Assembly: GCA_964624065.1 (NCBI GenBank)
Contig: CAZUWF010000001.1
Coordinates: forward strand, 35,018 to 99,017
Source of the DNA: an uncultured Bacteroidales bacterium
Lineage (GTDB): Bacteria; Bacteroidota; Bacteroidia; Bacteroidales; UBA7960
Direction: 5' to 3'
DNA: 64,000 nucleotides
Below the pieces are notes generated by a model. That model did not search any database and was not told where the DNA came from. It saw nothing but the letters and a program-made list of their open reading frames with translations. How positions within the stretch are numbered: position 1 is the first letter of the stretch; every line of letters begins with the position of its first letter. A program made the translations under genes and the position numbers. Shown here one piece after another: positions 39,920 to 49,608 of this stretch.

Positions 39920-40897
39920 ATGAGAGCCAACGGAGATAAGTTTTTTGGCAAGGTAATGCTTTTTGGAGAGTACAGCCTTTTGTGCGGGTCGGCAGCACTA
40001 ACAGTGCCAATAACGAATTATTTTGCCAGGCTTAAGTTTCCAAGCTGTTCAATGTCTGTGTCAGAGTTTGATGCCGCACGAAAGTTCAACAACCAACTTC
40101 AACTATTCTTAGAATACTTGCAGGGTTTGCAGGCATTGAAAAATGTTGATTTTAATTTTGACCGGATGAAAGATGACCTGTCGGCTGGTTTGTACCTATG
40201 GTCAAGCATTCCAATTGGGTACGGACTGGGCAGCTCCGGCGCGCTTGTGGCAGCCATTTATCATCGTTATGCCTGTAGTCACTGGATTGAACCATCGAAA
40301 AATGAACATCTTTTGGCACTAAAAAGCATTTTTTCCAATATGGAGGCCTTTTTCCATGGTTCAAGCTCGGGCCTTGACCCGTTGACCAGTTACCTGAACA
40401 AGCCGCTTATGATAAAAGGTGATAAAAGCATTGGTGTAGTGACACATAAACTGAAGCCCTTTAGCAAAATTGGGGGATTCTTTTTGGTTGACACGGGTAA
40501 AATAAGAAACACCAAGTTCCTGGTTAATGCTTTTCACCGTAAATGTCAAAAATCTGGCTTTTTGGGAAAGCTCAAATACGAGTACATTCCTTCTAACAAT
40601 GCCTGCATCAATTCTATTATTGAAAATGAAGGAGCCATATCCGAGCTCATGAAACAATTGTCGAGCCTTCAGCTGGAGCTTTTCAGCGAAATGATACCGC
40701 CAGAGTTCCTGCAGGCTTGGACTAACGGCCTTGCATATGGTAAATTTTCCCTAAAGCTTTGCGGAGCAGGCGGTGGAGGCTACATTCTGGGCTATACAGA
40801 TGATTATGGTAGTTTATCTGAACAATTACCCATCCAAGACCTCGTTTTGCTCAACGAATTATTTGATTCCAACCTCACCACAGACCAGGACCCTTGA
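39920..40897 (+). CDS. mvk: mevalonate kinase (GHMP kinase)
   Basis: 325 aa. GKVMLFGEYSLL, the GHMP motif IPIGYGLGSSGALVAA, and C-terminal KLCGAGGGGY. It starts 3 nt after the mvaD stop. Confidence 0.8.
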   Translation: MRANGDKFFGKVMLFGEYSLLCGSAALTVPITNYFARLKFPSCSMSVSEFDAARKFNNQLQLFLEYLQGLQALKNVDFNFDRMKDDLSAGLYLWSSIPIGYGLGSSGALVAAIYHRYACSHWIEPSKNEHLLALKSIFSNMEAFFHGSSSGLDPLTSYLNKPLMIKGDKSIGVVTHKLKPFSKIGGFFLVDTGKIRNTKFLVNAFHRKCQKSGFLGKLKYEYIPSNNACINSIIENEGAISELMKQLSSLQLELFSEMIPPEFLQAWTNGLAYGKFSLKLCGAGGGGYILGYTDDYGSLSEQLPIQDLVLLNELFDSNLTTDQDP

Positions 40898-40903
40898 TCT
40901 TTA

Positions 40904-41698
40904 TCATTGCCAAAACACCTCGTAGGCGTATCGGGCTATCATTAGGGCAACCACAACGAGGAAAATAACCCTTACGAAACCATTGCCTCGACTCAATGCC
41001 ATTCGGCTCCCGATAATGCTGCCCGTGGCATTGCAAAATGCCATTGGTATCGCAATTTCTAGCAGGAAGTTCCCCTTGCTTGCAAAAACGATTATTGCCG
41101 AAATGTTGGTTACTCCATTGATTACCTTAGAGTACGCTGATGCAGCCACAAACTCGAATCCGAGCACCAAAACGAACCCAAGGACCAAAAAGCTACCTGT
41201 TCCAGGCCCAAAGAATCCATCGTAAAAACCCACTGCAAAGCCTATCAAAGACCCAAGAATCATTTGTTTTACCAATGGCACTTCCTTGCCCTTTATTTTT
41301 CCCAGGTTTTTTTTGAGGTAAACATACGCAGCAACCACAATTAACAACACCAAAACAATCGGCTTGAGCTTTTCAACATCAATCATACTCACCGATTGGG
41401 CACCGAGCCTTGAAGCGACAAAGGCAAACAAAGCTACAACGCCCAAGAGTTTAAAGTTGTATGAAATCTTTTTGGAATATTGGTGTATTGCCACACTGGT
41501 TCCTGCGAAGGAAGCCATTTTGTTGGTGCCAAAAATTGTAGGTATTGAATGACCTGGTAGGTTTATGAGCAATGCCGGCAGCTGGATAAGCCCGCCTCCC
41601 CCTGCCGCAGCATCAATGAAACCTGCCACGAATGCAAAGGCTGCAAGAGCAACTATGGTTAATGCAGGGTAATCGTAATATGCAGCAAGTAGCTCCAA
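40904..41698 (-). CDS. sulfite exporter TauE/SafE family membrane protein
   Basis: 264 aa with GFIDAAAGGGGLIQLPAL near the N-terminus. The only available start is TTG at 41698. It is convergent with mvk with a 6-nt gap. Confidence 0.88.
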   Translation of the reverse strand: MELLAAYYDYPALTIVALAAFAFVAGFIDAAAGGGGLIQLPALLINLPGHSIPTIFGTNKMASFAGTSVAIHQYSKKISYNFKLLGVVALFAFVASRLGAQSVSMIDVEKLKPIVLVLLIVVAAYVYLKKNLGKIKGKEVPLVKQMILGSLIGFAVGFYDGFFGPGTGSFLVLGFVLVLGFEFVAASAYSKVINGVTNISAIIVFASKGNFLLEIAIPMAFCNATGSIIGSRMALSRGNGFVRVIFLVVVALMIARYAYEVFWQ

Positions 41699-42054
41699 AA
41701 ATAATTGAGAATTACGAATTAAAAAGTACTAGTAGCCGGTAGGCAGAAAGTCCAAAACAGCGAATGGTGCACGGCGAACTTTACGGAAACACAGCGTCTT
41801 GGTCTTAATTTACAAAAACAATCATTATTTAAAAATAAAAAGTCAGAAGCCGAATTCAATCTGCGAAAATCCTTAAGTTCATCTGTGTTCATCAAATGGA
41901 GCGAGTGCAATTTATTTCTGCAATGCCTCACACGTTCACGATGAATCTCGGTTAAAACAACAACCAATAACAAACCATTGGTTGAATACCCCGGTTCACC
42001 TCCCCATATCCTTATGGTTCATTAATAATATTATTAGCTCCAGGACCCAACCTC

Positions 42055-43086
42055 TTAACTCTGAGCACCTGTAAACTGCCTCAAGAACCTAACATCATTT
42101 TCGAAGAACATACGGAGGTCTTTTATCCTGTAAAGGATCATTGCAATCCTTTCAATTCCCATCCCGAATGCGTAACCAGAAAAAGTCTTACTGTCGATGC
42201 CGCAGTTTTCGAGTACTTGAGGGTCAACCATTCCACAGCCCATAATTTCAATCCATCCTGAGTGCTTGCATACCTGACAACCACCGCCACCGCAAATTGA
42301 GCAAGAAACATCCATTTCGGCCGATGGCTCCGTAAATGGGAAAAAGGATGGTCTAAGACGAATTTGAGTCCCTTCGCCAAACATTTCACGTGCAAAGTGC
42401 AGTAGGGTCTGGCGCATATCGGCAAAAGAAACGTCCTTGTCAATATACAATCCTTCTACTTGGTGGAAGATGCAATGCGCCCTTGCCGAGATGGCTTCGT
42501 TTCTGAAAACCCTTCCGGGACTAATGGTTCTTATTGGTGGCCTTTGGTTTTCCATAACCCGCACCTGTACCGAGCTTGTATGTGTTCGCAAGGTTAGGTC
42601 GGGATTCTTTCCCAAGAAAAATGTGTCCTGCATATCGCGAGCAGGGTGATCTTGCGGAAAGTTAAGTGCACTAAAGTTATGCCAATCGTCTTCAATTTCT
42701 GGGCCTTCGGAAATTACGAAACCAATTTTTTCGAAAATGCCGTTAATTTTGTTTCGTGTAATAGACAGCGGGTGGCGTGACCCCACCGGCGCAAAATCGG
42801 CAGGCATAGACAAATCAGGCAGGTCGGCCGAGGCAACTGCGCCATATAGTTGTTCGAGGTCTTCTTTAAGTACCCTAATTTTCTCTGAAGCAAAGTCTTT
42901 GAGTTTGTTCAGTTCTTGTCCAATTTCCTTTCTGAGCGATGGGTCAACGCTTTTGAAATCTTGAAAAAGCTCCGAAATGAGCCCTTTTTTCGATAACATT
43001 TTTGTTCTGAAACTCTCCAGCTCCTCTGCCGACCTTGCGGAAAAGGTTTCGACTTCGACTAAAAGGGCGCTAATTTTTTCCTTCAT
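42055..43086 (-). CDS. pheS: phenylalanine--tRNA ligase alpha subunit
   Basis: 343 aa. HPL..., FRNEAISARAH.FHQVEG and AFGMGIERIAM are class IIc motifs. Confidence 0.97.
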   Translation of the reverse strand: MKEKISALLVEVETFSARSAEELESFRTKMLSKKGLISELFQDFKSVDPSLRKEIGQELNKLKDFASEKIRVLKEDLEQLYGAVASADLPDLSMPADFAPVGSRHPLSITRNKINGIFEKIGFVISEGPEIEDDWHNFSALNFPQDHPARDMQDTFFLGKNPDLTLRTHTSSVQVRVMENQRPPIRTISPGRVFRNEAISARAHCIFHQVEGLYIDKDVSFADMRQTLLHFAREMFGEGTQIRLRPSFFPFTEPSAEMDVSCSICGGGGCQVCKHSGWIEIMGCGMVDPQVLENCGIDSKTFSGYAFGMGIERIAMILYRIKDLRMFFENDVRFLRQFTGAQS

Positions 43087-43101
43087 GTGGCTTTCAAAAT
43101 T

Positions 43102-43818
43102 CTATTTAATCACTTCAACCCTCATCACCACGTCCTCCGTGGGCCTGTCTCCGGGCGCAGTGGCCATTAGGGATATTTTCTCAACCACGTCTAGTCCTTC
43201 AATGACTTCTCCGAAAACTGTATATGCGCTGTCGAGGTGGGGCGTACCGCCAATGGTCGTGTATGCAATTTTTTGTTCGGGGGTGAATGCCCTGCGGGTC
43301 TGTTTTTCCATCATTTCAAGTTCTTGAGGGGTGAAAACCTTTCCTTGGACAATGTAAAATTGCGAACCCGAGGAGCGACGCTCAGGGTTTACTTGGTCTC
43401 CCATACGGGCAGCAGCCAGGGCTCCCCTTTTATGAAATAGGGATGGTGCAATTTCTGCCTCGATGGTGTATCCAGGACCACCGCCGCCCAATGGTTGACC
43501 AGCCGGAGCATTTTTTGAATTTGGGTCTCCCCCTTGAATCATAAACTGCCTAATTACCCTGTGAAACAGGGTGCCATCGTAATAACCCTGCCGGGCCAAC
43601 TCGATAAAATTGTCGCGATGAAGGGGAGTTTCATTGTATAGTTTCAAAACAATTACCCCAAGCTGGGTAGTTATCCTTACCTTGTAATTGTCATAACTTC
43701 TTGCCTTTGAAGCAGCTTTATTATCAACAATAGGGCCGTTTCCTTGATTGGGGGTGGTTCCGCAGGCAATTATGGTAAAGGCCAATAAAAAGGATAGGAT
43801 TGAAATTGATTTTTTCAT
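43102..43818 (-). CDS. cyclophilin-type peptidyl-prolyl cis-trans isomerase lipoprotein
   Basis: The lipobox is FTIIAC. FHRVIRQFMIQGGDP and SGSQFYIV are present. Confidence 0.93.
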   Translation of the reverse strand: MKKSISILSFLLAFTIIACGTTPNQGNGPIVDNKAASKARSYDNYKVRITTQLGVIVLKLYNETPLHRDNFIELARQGYYDGTLFHRVIRQFMIQGGDPNSKNAPAGQPLGGGGPGYTIEAEIAPSLFHKRGALAAARMGDQVNPERRSSGSQFYIVQGKVFTPQELEMMEKQTRRAFTPEQKIAYTTIGGTPHLDSAYTVFGEVIEGLDVVEKISLMATAPGDRPTEDVVMRVEVIK

Positions 43819-44110
43819 CTTTGAAGTATTTATTATTTAGACAAGGAACCAATTGCGATCTCGTAAAAATTTACGAACGCCAAATTTACAAAAAATATGA
43901 AAAGTTGAATTTGGAAAATGTTTGGTTGTTTCACATTGAAGTAATTTTTTATAAATTTGCACTAAAAACTGATTTTTGAAGTTTAATTTTTGGCAAAAAG
44001 AAGTGACGTGAAAGTTGCCTTTTTAGTGTGGCAAGCGCCTGGTTCTTTCATCAGTAAATTGAATTGCCTAGCTAAAGATTTTTTATGTTTAATCAATTAC
44101 CATTTTCCAT

Positions 44111-44293
44111 ATGATGTCTTTTTTCGTACTCGGGATGCTTGGCACAACCGAAATTATAGTAATTGTGTTTCTTGCAATAGTGCTGCTATTTGGCGGCCGT
44201 AAAATTCCCGAGCTTATGCGTGGTTTGGGCCGAGGAGTGAAGGAATTCAAGGATGCCCAAAAAAATGACAGCGCCGAGAAGGAAGAAAAGTAA
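44111..44293 (+). CDS. tatA: twin-arginine translocase TatA/TatE family subunit
   Basis: 60 aa. [40 protein letters not shown]. Confidence 0.93.
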   Translation: MMSFFVLGMLGTTEIIVIVFLAIVLLFGGRKIPELMRGLGRGVKEFKDAQKNDSAEKEEK

Positions 44294-44404
44294 AATTTCT
44301 TCCTTACCCCAAGGCAAATAAATCTCTTTAATTCAAGGGGATAGGTTGGTTTTATGTTTTTTGAAACCTGCCTTTTTTCAATTTCCAAACAACTAGCTTT
44401 TAAT

Positions 44405-45850
44405 ATGGCAATCAAGTTTTGTTTTCCAATTTTTATTCTGATGATTTTTTCGGCCGTCGCCATGTATGGCCAGCAGCCTCAAGCCAACCCCGTTCAAGAA
44501 AGGGTTCTGGTTTTGGTTGAACCCGAGGACAAGGTCTCAGCAATGCTTGACAGTTTGTTTGCCCTAAAGATTTTCAATGCAAAACATTTGATCCCCGAAA
44601 CATCAAGGCAAAACATCAACATGCCTTTCGGTCAGGTTCCAGTATTTCCAGAGAGCGTTTACCGCGAAAGGCTGATGAAAATGGACGACCTTTCGCCAAT
44701 CGAGTTTGTATATAATCAGCAGGTGCGTTCATTCATTGCCTTTTATGCCGAGCGGCGCAGAGGCCACACCGAAAGGATGCTTGGCCTTTCGCGGCTTTAC
44801 TTCCCGTTCTTCGAGGAGCAGCTTGACAAGTACGGCCTCCCTTTGGAGCTAAAATATCTTGCCGTGGTTGAATCGGCATTGAATCCTACGGCGCGTAGCC
44901 GTGCCGGGGCAACGGGTATATGGCAGTTTATGTACAACACCGGCAAGGCCTACGGTCTTGAGGTAGGTAATTATGTTGATTACAGGCGCGATGTAATAAA
45001 GGCCACAGATGCAGCGTGTCGGCATCTACTGGATCTACACAGTATGTACGGAGATTGGTGGTTGGTTTTGGCCGCCTACAATGCGGGTGCAGGAAACGTA
45101 AACAGGGCAATAAGGAGATCTGGAGGAAAAAAGAGCTTCTGGGAAATTAACAGGTTCCTTCCGCGCGAAACCCAGAACTACATTCCTACATTCATAGCAG
45201 TGGCATACGTTATGAAACATGCCGGGGAGCACAACCTGTTTCCGATTCAACCAGTTTTTTCACATGCATCCGTTGATACCTTGCACGTGAAGGGGCAGCT
45301 AAGCTTGAGTTTTTTAAGCGAGCATTTGCAGGTTTCTATAGACCATTTAAGGTTTCTCAACCCAATCTACAGCAAGAACATCATTCCGCATAACCCCGAG
45401 AGCCCATACGTGTTAAACCTCCCGGTCGAGTTTGTTCCCAAGTTCATTGCAAACGAGGACACCTTCTACTCGTTTTCGTCAGTGGCCCAAGAAGCCATTC
45501 AGGAATCACTCGATTTCCAGGCTACCACCATTACACACGTTGTTAAAAGGGGCGAGACCCTTGGGGTAATTGCAAAGAGGTATGGAACCACGGTTAGGGA
45601 AATCCAAAGTCTCAGCAACATCAGATCAACTAAATTGAGGGTTGGTCAGCGATTAACCGTTAGTGGGCAAGCTCCGCCCGAAGGTTCTCGGGCTCAGGCC
45701 GCCGTTGCCGAAACCCACGTTGTTAGGAGGGGAGAAAACCTAGGCAGCATAGCAAGAAGGTATAGGGTTACTGTTGCGAAACTTAAAACGTGGAACAATT
45801 TGACGAGTGATAAAATAACTACTGGCCAGAGACTTAAAGTAAAACCGTAA
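44405..45850 (+). CDS. lytic transglycosylase (SLT domain) with two C-terminal LysM domains (MltD-like)
   Basis: The signal peptide starts at the ATG at 44405. ESALNP.A.S.AGA.G.WQFM is the SLT catalytic motif. There are two LysM units (HVVKRGETLGVIAKRYG..., HVVRRGENLGSIARRYR...). Confidence 0.9.
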   Translation: MAIKFCFPIFILMIFSAVAMYGQQPQANPVQERVLVLVEPEDKVSAMLDSLFALKIFNAKHLIPETSRQNINMPFGQVPVFPESVYRERLMKMDDLSPIEFVYNQQVRSFIAFYAERRRGHTERMLGLSRLYFPFFEEQLDKYGLPLELKYLAVVESALNPTARSRAGATGIWQFMYNTGKAYGLEVGNYVDYRRDVIKATDAACRHLLDLHSMYGDWWLVLAAYNAGAGNVNRAIRRSGGKKSFWEINRFLPRETQNYIPTFIAVAYVMKHAGEHNLFPIQPVFSHASVDTLHVKGQLSLSFLSEHLQVSIDHLRFLNPIYSKNIIPHNPESPYVLNLPVEFVPKFIANEDTFYSFSSVAQEAIQESLDFQATTITHVVKRGETLGVIAKRYGTTVREIQSLSNIRSTKLRVGQRLTVSGQAPPEGSRAQAAVAETHVVRRGENLGSIARRYRVTVAKLKTWNNLTSDKITTGQRLKVKP

Positions 45851-45910
45851 AATCTCAGCTTACCGCTCCATTCATATTCTTGCGCGCACCAAACTTTTGG
45901 GCTAATCTTG

Positions 45911-45953
45911 CTGCCACATAAAATACTCCAGGCTTCTATTGTGGCAGGTTTTT
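45911..45953 (+). terminator. rho-independent terminator after the MltD-like gene
   Basis: ctgccaca-(21-nt loop)-tgtggcag followed by gttttt. Confidence 0.6.
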
Positions 45954-45997
45954 CTCGTAGGGTTACACCTTGCCTTACCTATATAACTTAAATTCGG

Positions 45998-46768
45998 TTA
46001 CTCCATCCTTTTGGCCTCATTCCAAAAGCAGTCCATTTCTTCGAGGTTCATTTTTTTTAGCTCCTTCCCTGAGTTGGCTGCTTGGTCTTCGAGGTAAGAG
46101 AACCGCCGGATGAATTTTTTGTTGGTCCTTTCGAGGGCTATTTCCGGATTTACGTTGATGAATCTTGAGTAATTCACGAGCGCGAAAAGCAGGTCGCCAA
46201 ATTCTTCTTCAATTTTTTTATGGCAGTCATTTTTTTGCACCTCGTGCTGAAGCTCTCCCATCTCTTCCAAAACCTTGCTCCAAACCTGACCCGTGTTTTC
46301 CCAATCAAAACCCACACCACGCGCCTTGTCTTGGATGCGGTAGGCCTTAATCACTGCTGGCAACGACTTAGGCACCCCTTCAAGAACCTTTTTGCGTCCT
46401 TCTTTAAGTTTTATCCTTTCCCAGTTTTCCTTTACCTGCTCATCATTTTCAACTTTTACGTCTGAATAAATGTGAGGGTGCCTATTTACGAGCTTACTGT
46501 TAATGCCGTTTATAACATCGGTAATGTCAAAACTATTTTCCTCACTGCCTATCTTGGAGTAAAAAACAATGTGAAGAAGCAGGTCGCCAAGTTCCTTCTT
46601 TATCTCCTCGGGATTTTCGGCAATAATGGCATCGGCAAGTTCGAATGTTTCTTCTATTGTAAGGTGCCTGAGGCTTTCAAAGGTTTGTTTTTTATCCCAC
46701 GGACATTTGGTACGCAGGTCGTCCATTATGGCCAGCAACTTTCCAAATGCTTCCAATCTCTTGTCCAT
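45998..46768 (-). CDS. mazG: nucleoside triphosphate pyrophosphohydrolase MazG
   Basis: 256 aa. CPWDKKQTFESLRHLTIEETFELADAI and a tandem MazG-domain EEFGDLLF are present. Confidence 0.93.
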   Translation of the reverse strand: MDKRLEAFGKLLAIMDDLRTKCPWDKKQTFESLRHLTIEETFELADAIIAENPEEIKKELGDLLLHIVFYSKIGSEENSFDITDVINGINSKLVNRHPHIYSDVKVENDEQVKENWERIKLKEGRKKVLEGVPKSLPAVIKAYRIQDKARGVGFDWENTGQVWSKVLEEMGELQHEVQKNDCHKKIEEEFGDLLFALVNYSRFINVNPEIALERTNKKFIRRFSYLEDQAANSGKELKKMNLEEMDCFWNEAKRME

Positions 46769-46775
46769 CGTCTCC

Positions 46776-46783
46776 TAATTTTG
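46776..46783 (+). promoter_or_regulatory. -7 box TAATTTTG, candidate promoter of the glycan locus
   Basis: An exact TAnnTTTG on the plus strand lies 151 nt upstream of the ATG at 46934. Confidence 0.35.
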
Positions 46784-46788
46784 TAGGG

Positions 46789-46796
46789 CAAAGGTA
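46789..46796 (-). promoter_or_regulatory. -7 box TACCTTTG for mazG
   Basis: The plus strand reads caaaggta. It lies 21-28 nt upstream of the ATG at 46768. Confidence 0.5.
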
Positions 46797-46933
46797 ACAA
46801 CTATTGTTTTTTAACCATCCAAAAACATTGATTGCAATTGATTTATTTGACCTTGGGAATTTTTTCGGACTACCCATTTTTTGCCACTAATCTGAATTTT
46901 TTTTTCCATCTTTGTAAAAAATACAACACCTTC

Positions 46934-47788
46934 ATGGCTTGTGTAAGAGGAAATAGGATTGCCGCGATTTCAATGGTTCGCAACGGGGGGTTCTTCGTAG
47001 CCAAGTGGGTTGATTATTACGGAAGGTTGTTCGGCAAGCAAAACCTCTTTTTGATCATTGACGGTTTAGACCAACCGCTACCTGATGAACATACAGAAAT
47101 AACCGTAACGCAGGTTCCGCACATAAAACAAGGGAAGGCTGCTGGCGACCGATATAGGGCAAAACTCGTTTCGGGTTATGCCAAAAGCCTTTTGAGCGAC
47201 AAGGGATACAAGGTGGTTGTGGCTCACGATATTGATGAATACCTGGTGCTGGATCCCTCCTTGAGCGGAACTCTGGCGGATTACCTTTTGGGGCTGGGTT
47301 CTAAACCGTCAATTTCGGCACTTGGAGTAGATGTGGTCCATCATCCACTTAAGGAGCAAGCCATAGATACCAAACTTCCGTTTTTGAGCCAGCGCAATTA
47401 TGCTGTTATTTCGGCACGCCACACCAAGGCGGTTGTAGCCACCGAACCTGTGGTATGGGGGGCAGGTTTTCACAGAGTTAAAGGATACGGCTCCAACATT
47501 GATCCAAATCTTTTCCTGTTTCATTGCGGTATGATAGACATTGATACCGCATATAACAAGATAAAAGAAAGGGATCGTAACCGATGGGGCTGGCGAGGCC
47601 ACTTCAGGAACCGAAAAATGGTTTTCGAATTGGTTTCTAACCGGCAACCTTACGATGCCGACATAGTTTTTTCGAGGGCCAGGATAAGCCAAACCATTTT
47701 CAGACCTTTCTTCATTTGGAGCAAGAAAGCCTTGATTTTCAAGAAGACTGTAATCAGGGTTCCAGAAAGATTCAAGAAGGCCATATAG
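46934..47788 (+). CDS. GT-A-fold glycosyltransferase-like protein (family 2-like), paralog A
   Basis: The internal ATG gives MACVRGNRIAAISMVRNGGFF..KWVDYYG. The DxD-like motif is HDIDEYL. It aligns along its whole length with the 51820-52659 product, including the C-terminus ...IFRPF....VIRVPERFKKAI. Confidence 0.75.
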   Translation: MACVRGNRIAAISMVRNGGFFVAKWVDYYGRLFGKQNLFLIIDGLDQPLPDEHTEITVTQVPHIKQGKAAGDRYRAKLVSGYAKSLLSDKGYKVVVAHDIDEYLVLDPSLSGTLADYLLGLGSKPSISALGVDVVHHPLKEQAIDTKLPFLSQRNYAVISARHTKAVVATEPVVWGAGFHRVKGYGSNIDPNLFLFHCGMIDIDTAYNKIKERDRNRWGWRGHFRNRKMVFELVSNRQPYDADIVFSRARISQTIFRPFFIWSKKALIFKKTVIRVPERFKKAI

Positions 47789-47865
47789 GCAATGGTTCGC
47801 CACAAAAATACGGGTAAGGCGTTGTTAAAGAATTAACTTTAAAGAGATTAACCTCTAATAGCTAG

Positions 47866-48996
47866 ATGAAAAAATTACAAATGGTTGACCTGGCAGGTCA
47901 GTATGCCAAGATTCAATCCGAAATTGATGTTGCGATACTCGAAGTTGTTAGGTCCACCAAGTACATTAACGGCCCCGATGTGTATGGGTTTGCACAGGAA
48001 TTGCAAGAATACCTCGGCGTAAAGCACGTAATACCTTGCGCCAACGGAACCGACGCACTACAGGTTGCAATGATGGCACTGAACCTTAAACCAGGCGACG
48101 AGATAATTACCAGTGCCTTTACCTTTGTTGCTACCGTTGAAGTTATTGCCCTCCTTGGGCTCAAACCTGTTTTTGTTGATGTAAACCCAGGCACATTTAA
48201 CATTGACCCAGAGTGCATTAGAAAAGCAATTACATCAAAAACCCGCGCAATTGTCCCGGTTCACCTTTTCGGCCAATGTGCCAATATGGAAGAAGTTTCT
48301 GACATTGCCAATCAAAACAACCTATTTGTTATAGAGGACAATGCCCAGGCCATCGGGGCCGATTTCATCTACTCCGACGGAACCAAGAAAAAGGCAGGAA
48401 CCATCGGTCATTTTGGCTGCACCTCCTTTTTCCCTTCAAAGAATCTTGGCTGTTATGGCGATGGCGGTGCTCTCTTTACAAATGATGATGCCTTGGCTGA
48501 AAAGGCCCGCTCGGTGGTTAACCATGGAATGACCAAAAGATACCACCACGATTACGTGGGTGTCAACTCACGCCTGGATAGTATTCAGGCGGCTATCTTG
48601 AGGATTAAGTTGAGGCAACTGGACAACTATGTAAGGGCAAGACAAGAGGCAGCAGCTTATTACGACAAGGTGTTGGCCCCAAGCCCCACCATAACCATCC
48701 CCGAAAGGGCCGGTTTCTCAACCCACGTATTTCATCAATACACCTTGGTTACAAACAATATTGACAGGAATAGACTTCAAGAACACCTTTCTTCCAAAGA
48801 CATCCCGGCAATGATTTATTACCCCGTACCCTTGCACTTGCAAAAACCATATTTGGAATACGGAACTAACAATGGTACCCTGCCGGTAACCGAAGATTTG
48901 TGCACTAGGGTAATTTCGTTGCCAATGCACACCGAGCTTAATCAAGAACAACTCGAATACATTACAACCGAGGTTCTTGAGTTTATCAACAAATAG
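47866..48996 (+). CDS. DegT/DnrJ/EryC1/StrS family sugar aminotransferase (WbpE-like)
   Basis: 376 aa. GPDV..F..E...YLGVKH.IPCANGTDAL and the PLP-lysine region SFFPSKNLG are present. Confidence 0.92.
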   Translation: MKKLQMVDLAGQYAKIQSEIDVAILEVVRSTKYINGPDVYGFAQELQEYLGVKHVIPCANGTDALQVAMMALNLKPGDEIITSAFTFVATVEVIALLGLKPVFVDVNPGTFNIDPECIRKAITSKTRAIVPVHLFGQCANMEEVSDIANQNNLFVIEDNAQAIGADFIYSDGTKKKAGTIGHFGCTSFFPSKNLGCYGDGGALFTNDDALAEKARSVVNHGMTKRYHHDYVGVNSRLDSIQAAILRIKLRQLDNYVRARQEAAAYYDKVLAPSPTITIPERAGFSTHVFHQYTLVTNNIDRNRLQEHLSSKDIPAMIYYPVPLHLQKPYLEYGTNNGTLPVTEDLCTRVISLPMHTELNQEQLEYITTEVLEFINK

Positions 48997-49026
48997 CAGA
49001 TTTTGGCCATTACAAACCCTAACAAT

Positions 49027-49608
49027 ATGGAAAAAAAGGATTACTTTGCGCACGAAACTGCTGTTGTTGATCCCGGTTGTCATATCGGTGAAGGCACCAA
49101 GATATGGCATTTTTGCCATATTATGCACGGAAGCATAATTGGTAGTGGGTGCAGTTTGGGGCAAAATGTGATGGTTGCGGCCAATGTTGTATTGGGGAAT
49201 AACGTTAAGGTTCAGAACAACGTATCAATTTATACCGGTGTGACTTGCGAGGATGATGTTTTTCTGGGACCATCAATGGTTTTTACAAACATCTTGAACC
49301 CCAGGAGCGAGGTTTCTCGCAAGGGTCAATATTTGAAAACCAATGTTAGGTGCGGAGCCACAATTGGAGCTAACGCCACCATCCTTTGTGGCGTTGAGAT
49401 AGGCCAGTATGCCTTCGTTGGAGCAGGAACCGTTGTTTTGCAGGATGTTCCGGCTTTCGGTTTGGTGGTTGGAAACCCAGCCCGACAAATAGGATGGATG
49501 AGCAAATACGGTCATCGATTGTATTTCGACCAGGATAATAGGGCCAAATGCCCCGAAAGTGGGGAGGAATATCTTATTGAAAGTGGCGCTGTAAGGGTGA
49601 AGAAGTGA
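49027..49608 (+). CDS. hexapeptide-repeat sugar N-acetyltransferase (WbpD-like)
   Basis: The ATG at 49027 gives [33 protein letters not shown]. Left-handed beta-helix repeats run throughout. The track start at 49003 is TTG. Confidence 0.88.
   Translation: MEKKDYFAHETAVVDPGCHIGEGTKIWHFCHIMHGSIIGSGCSLGQNVMVAANVVLGNNVKVQNNVSIYTGVTCEDDVFLGPSMVFTNILNPRSEVSRKGQYLKTNVRCGATIGANATILCGVEIGQYAFVGAGTVVLQDVPAFGLVVGNPARQIGWMSKYGHRLYFDQDNRAKCPESGEEYLIESGAVRVKK

Noticed and set aside
40311-40330. Other TGGCAC occurrences include 40314 (TTTGGCACTAAAAAGCA), 44144 (TTGGCACAACCG), 7337 (TTGGCACTATTT), 36355 (TTGGCACCCCAATCTA) and 61864.
   Set aside because: All but 36355 are inside coding sequence. None has the TGA/TGC at the correct -12 spacing or the shared TGAATG extension.
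41746-41753. GAAAGTCC in the 355-nt pheS/TauE intergenic region resembles the RNase P RNA P4 strand (GAGGAAAGUCCGGGC).
   Set aside because: The flanking sequence (ggcaGAAAGTCCaaaac) lacks the rest of the conserved P4/J3-4 sequence. The 3' P4 strand (ACAGAA..CCGGCUUA) is absent and the centre of the region is AT-rich.
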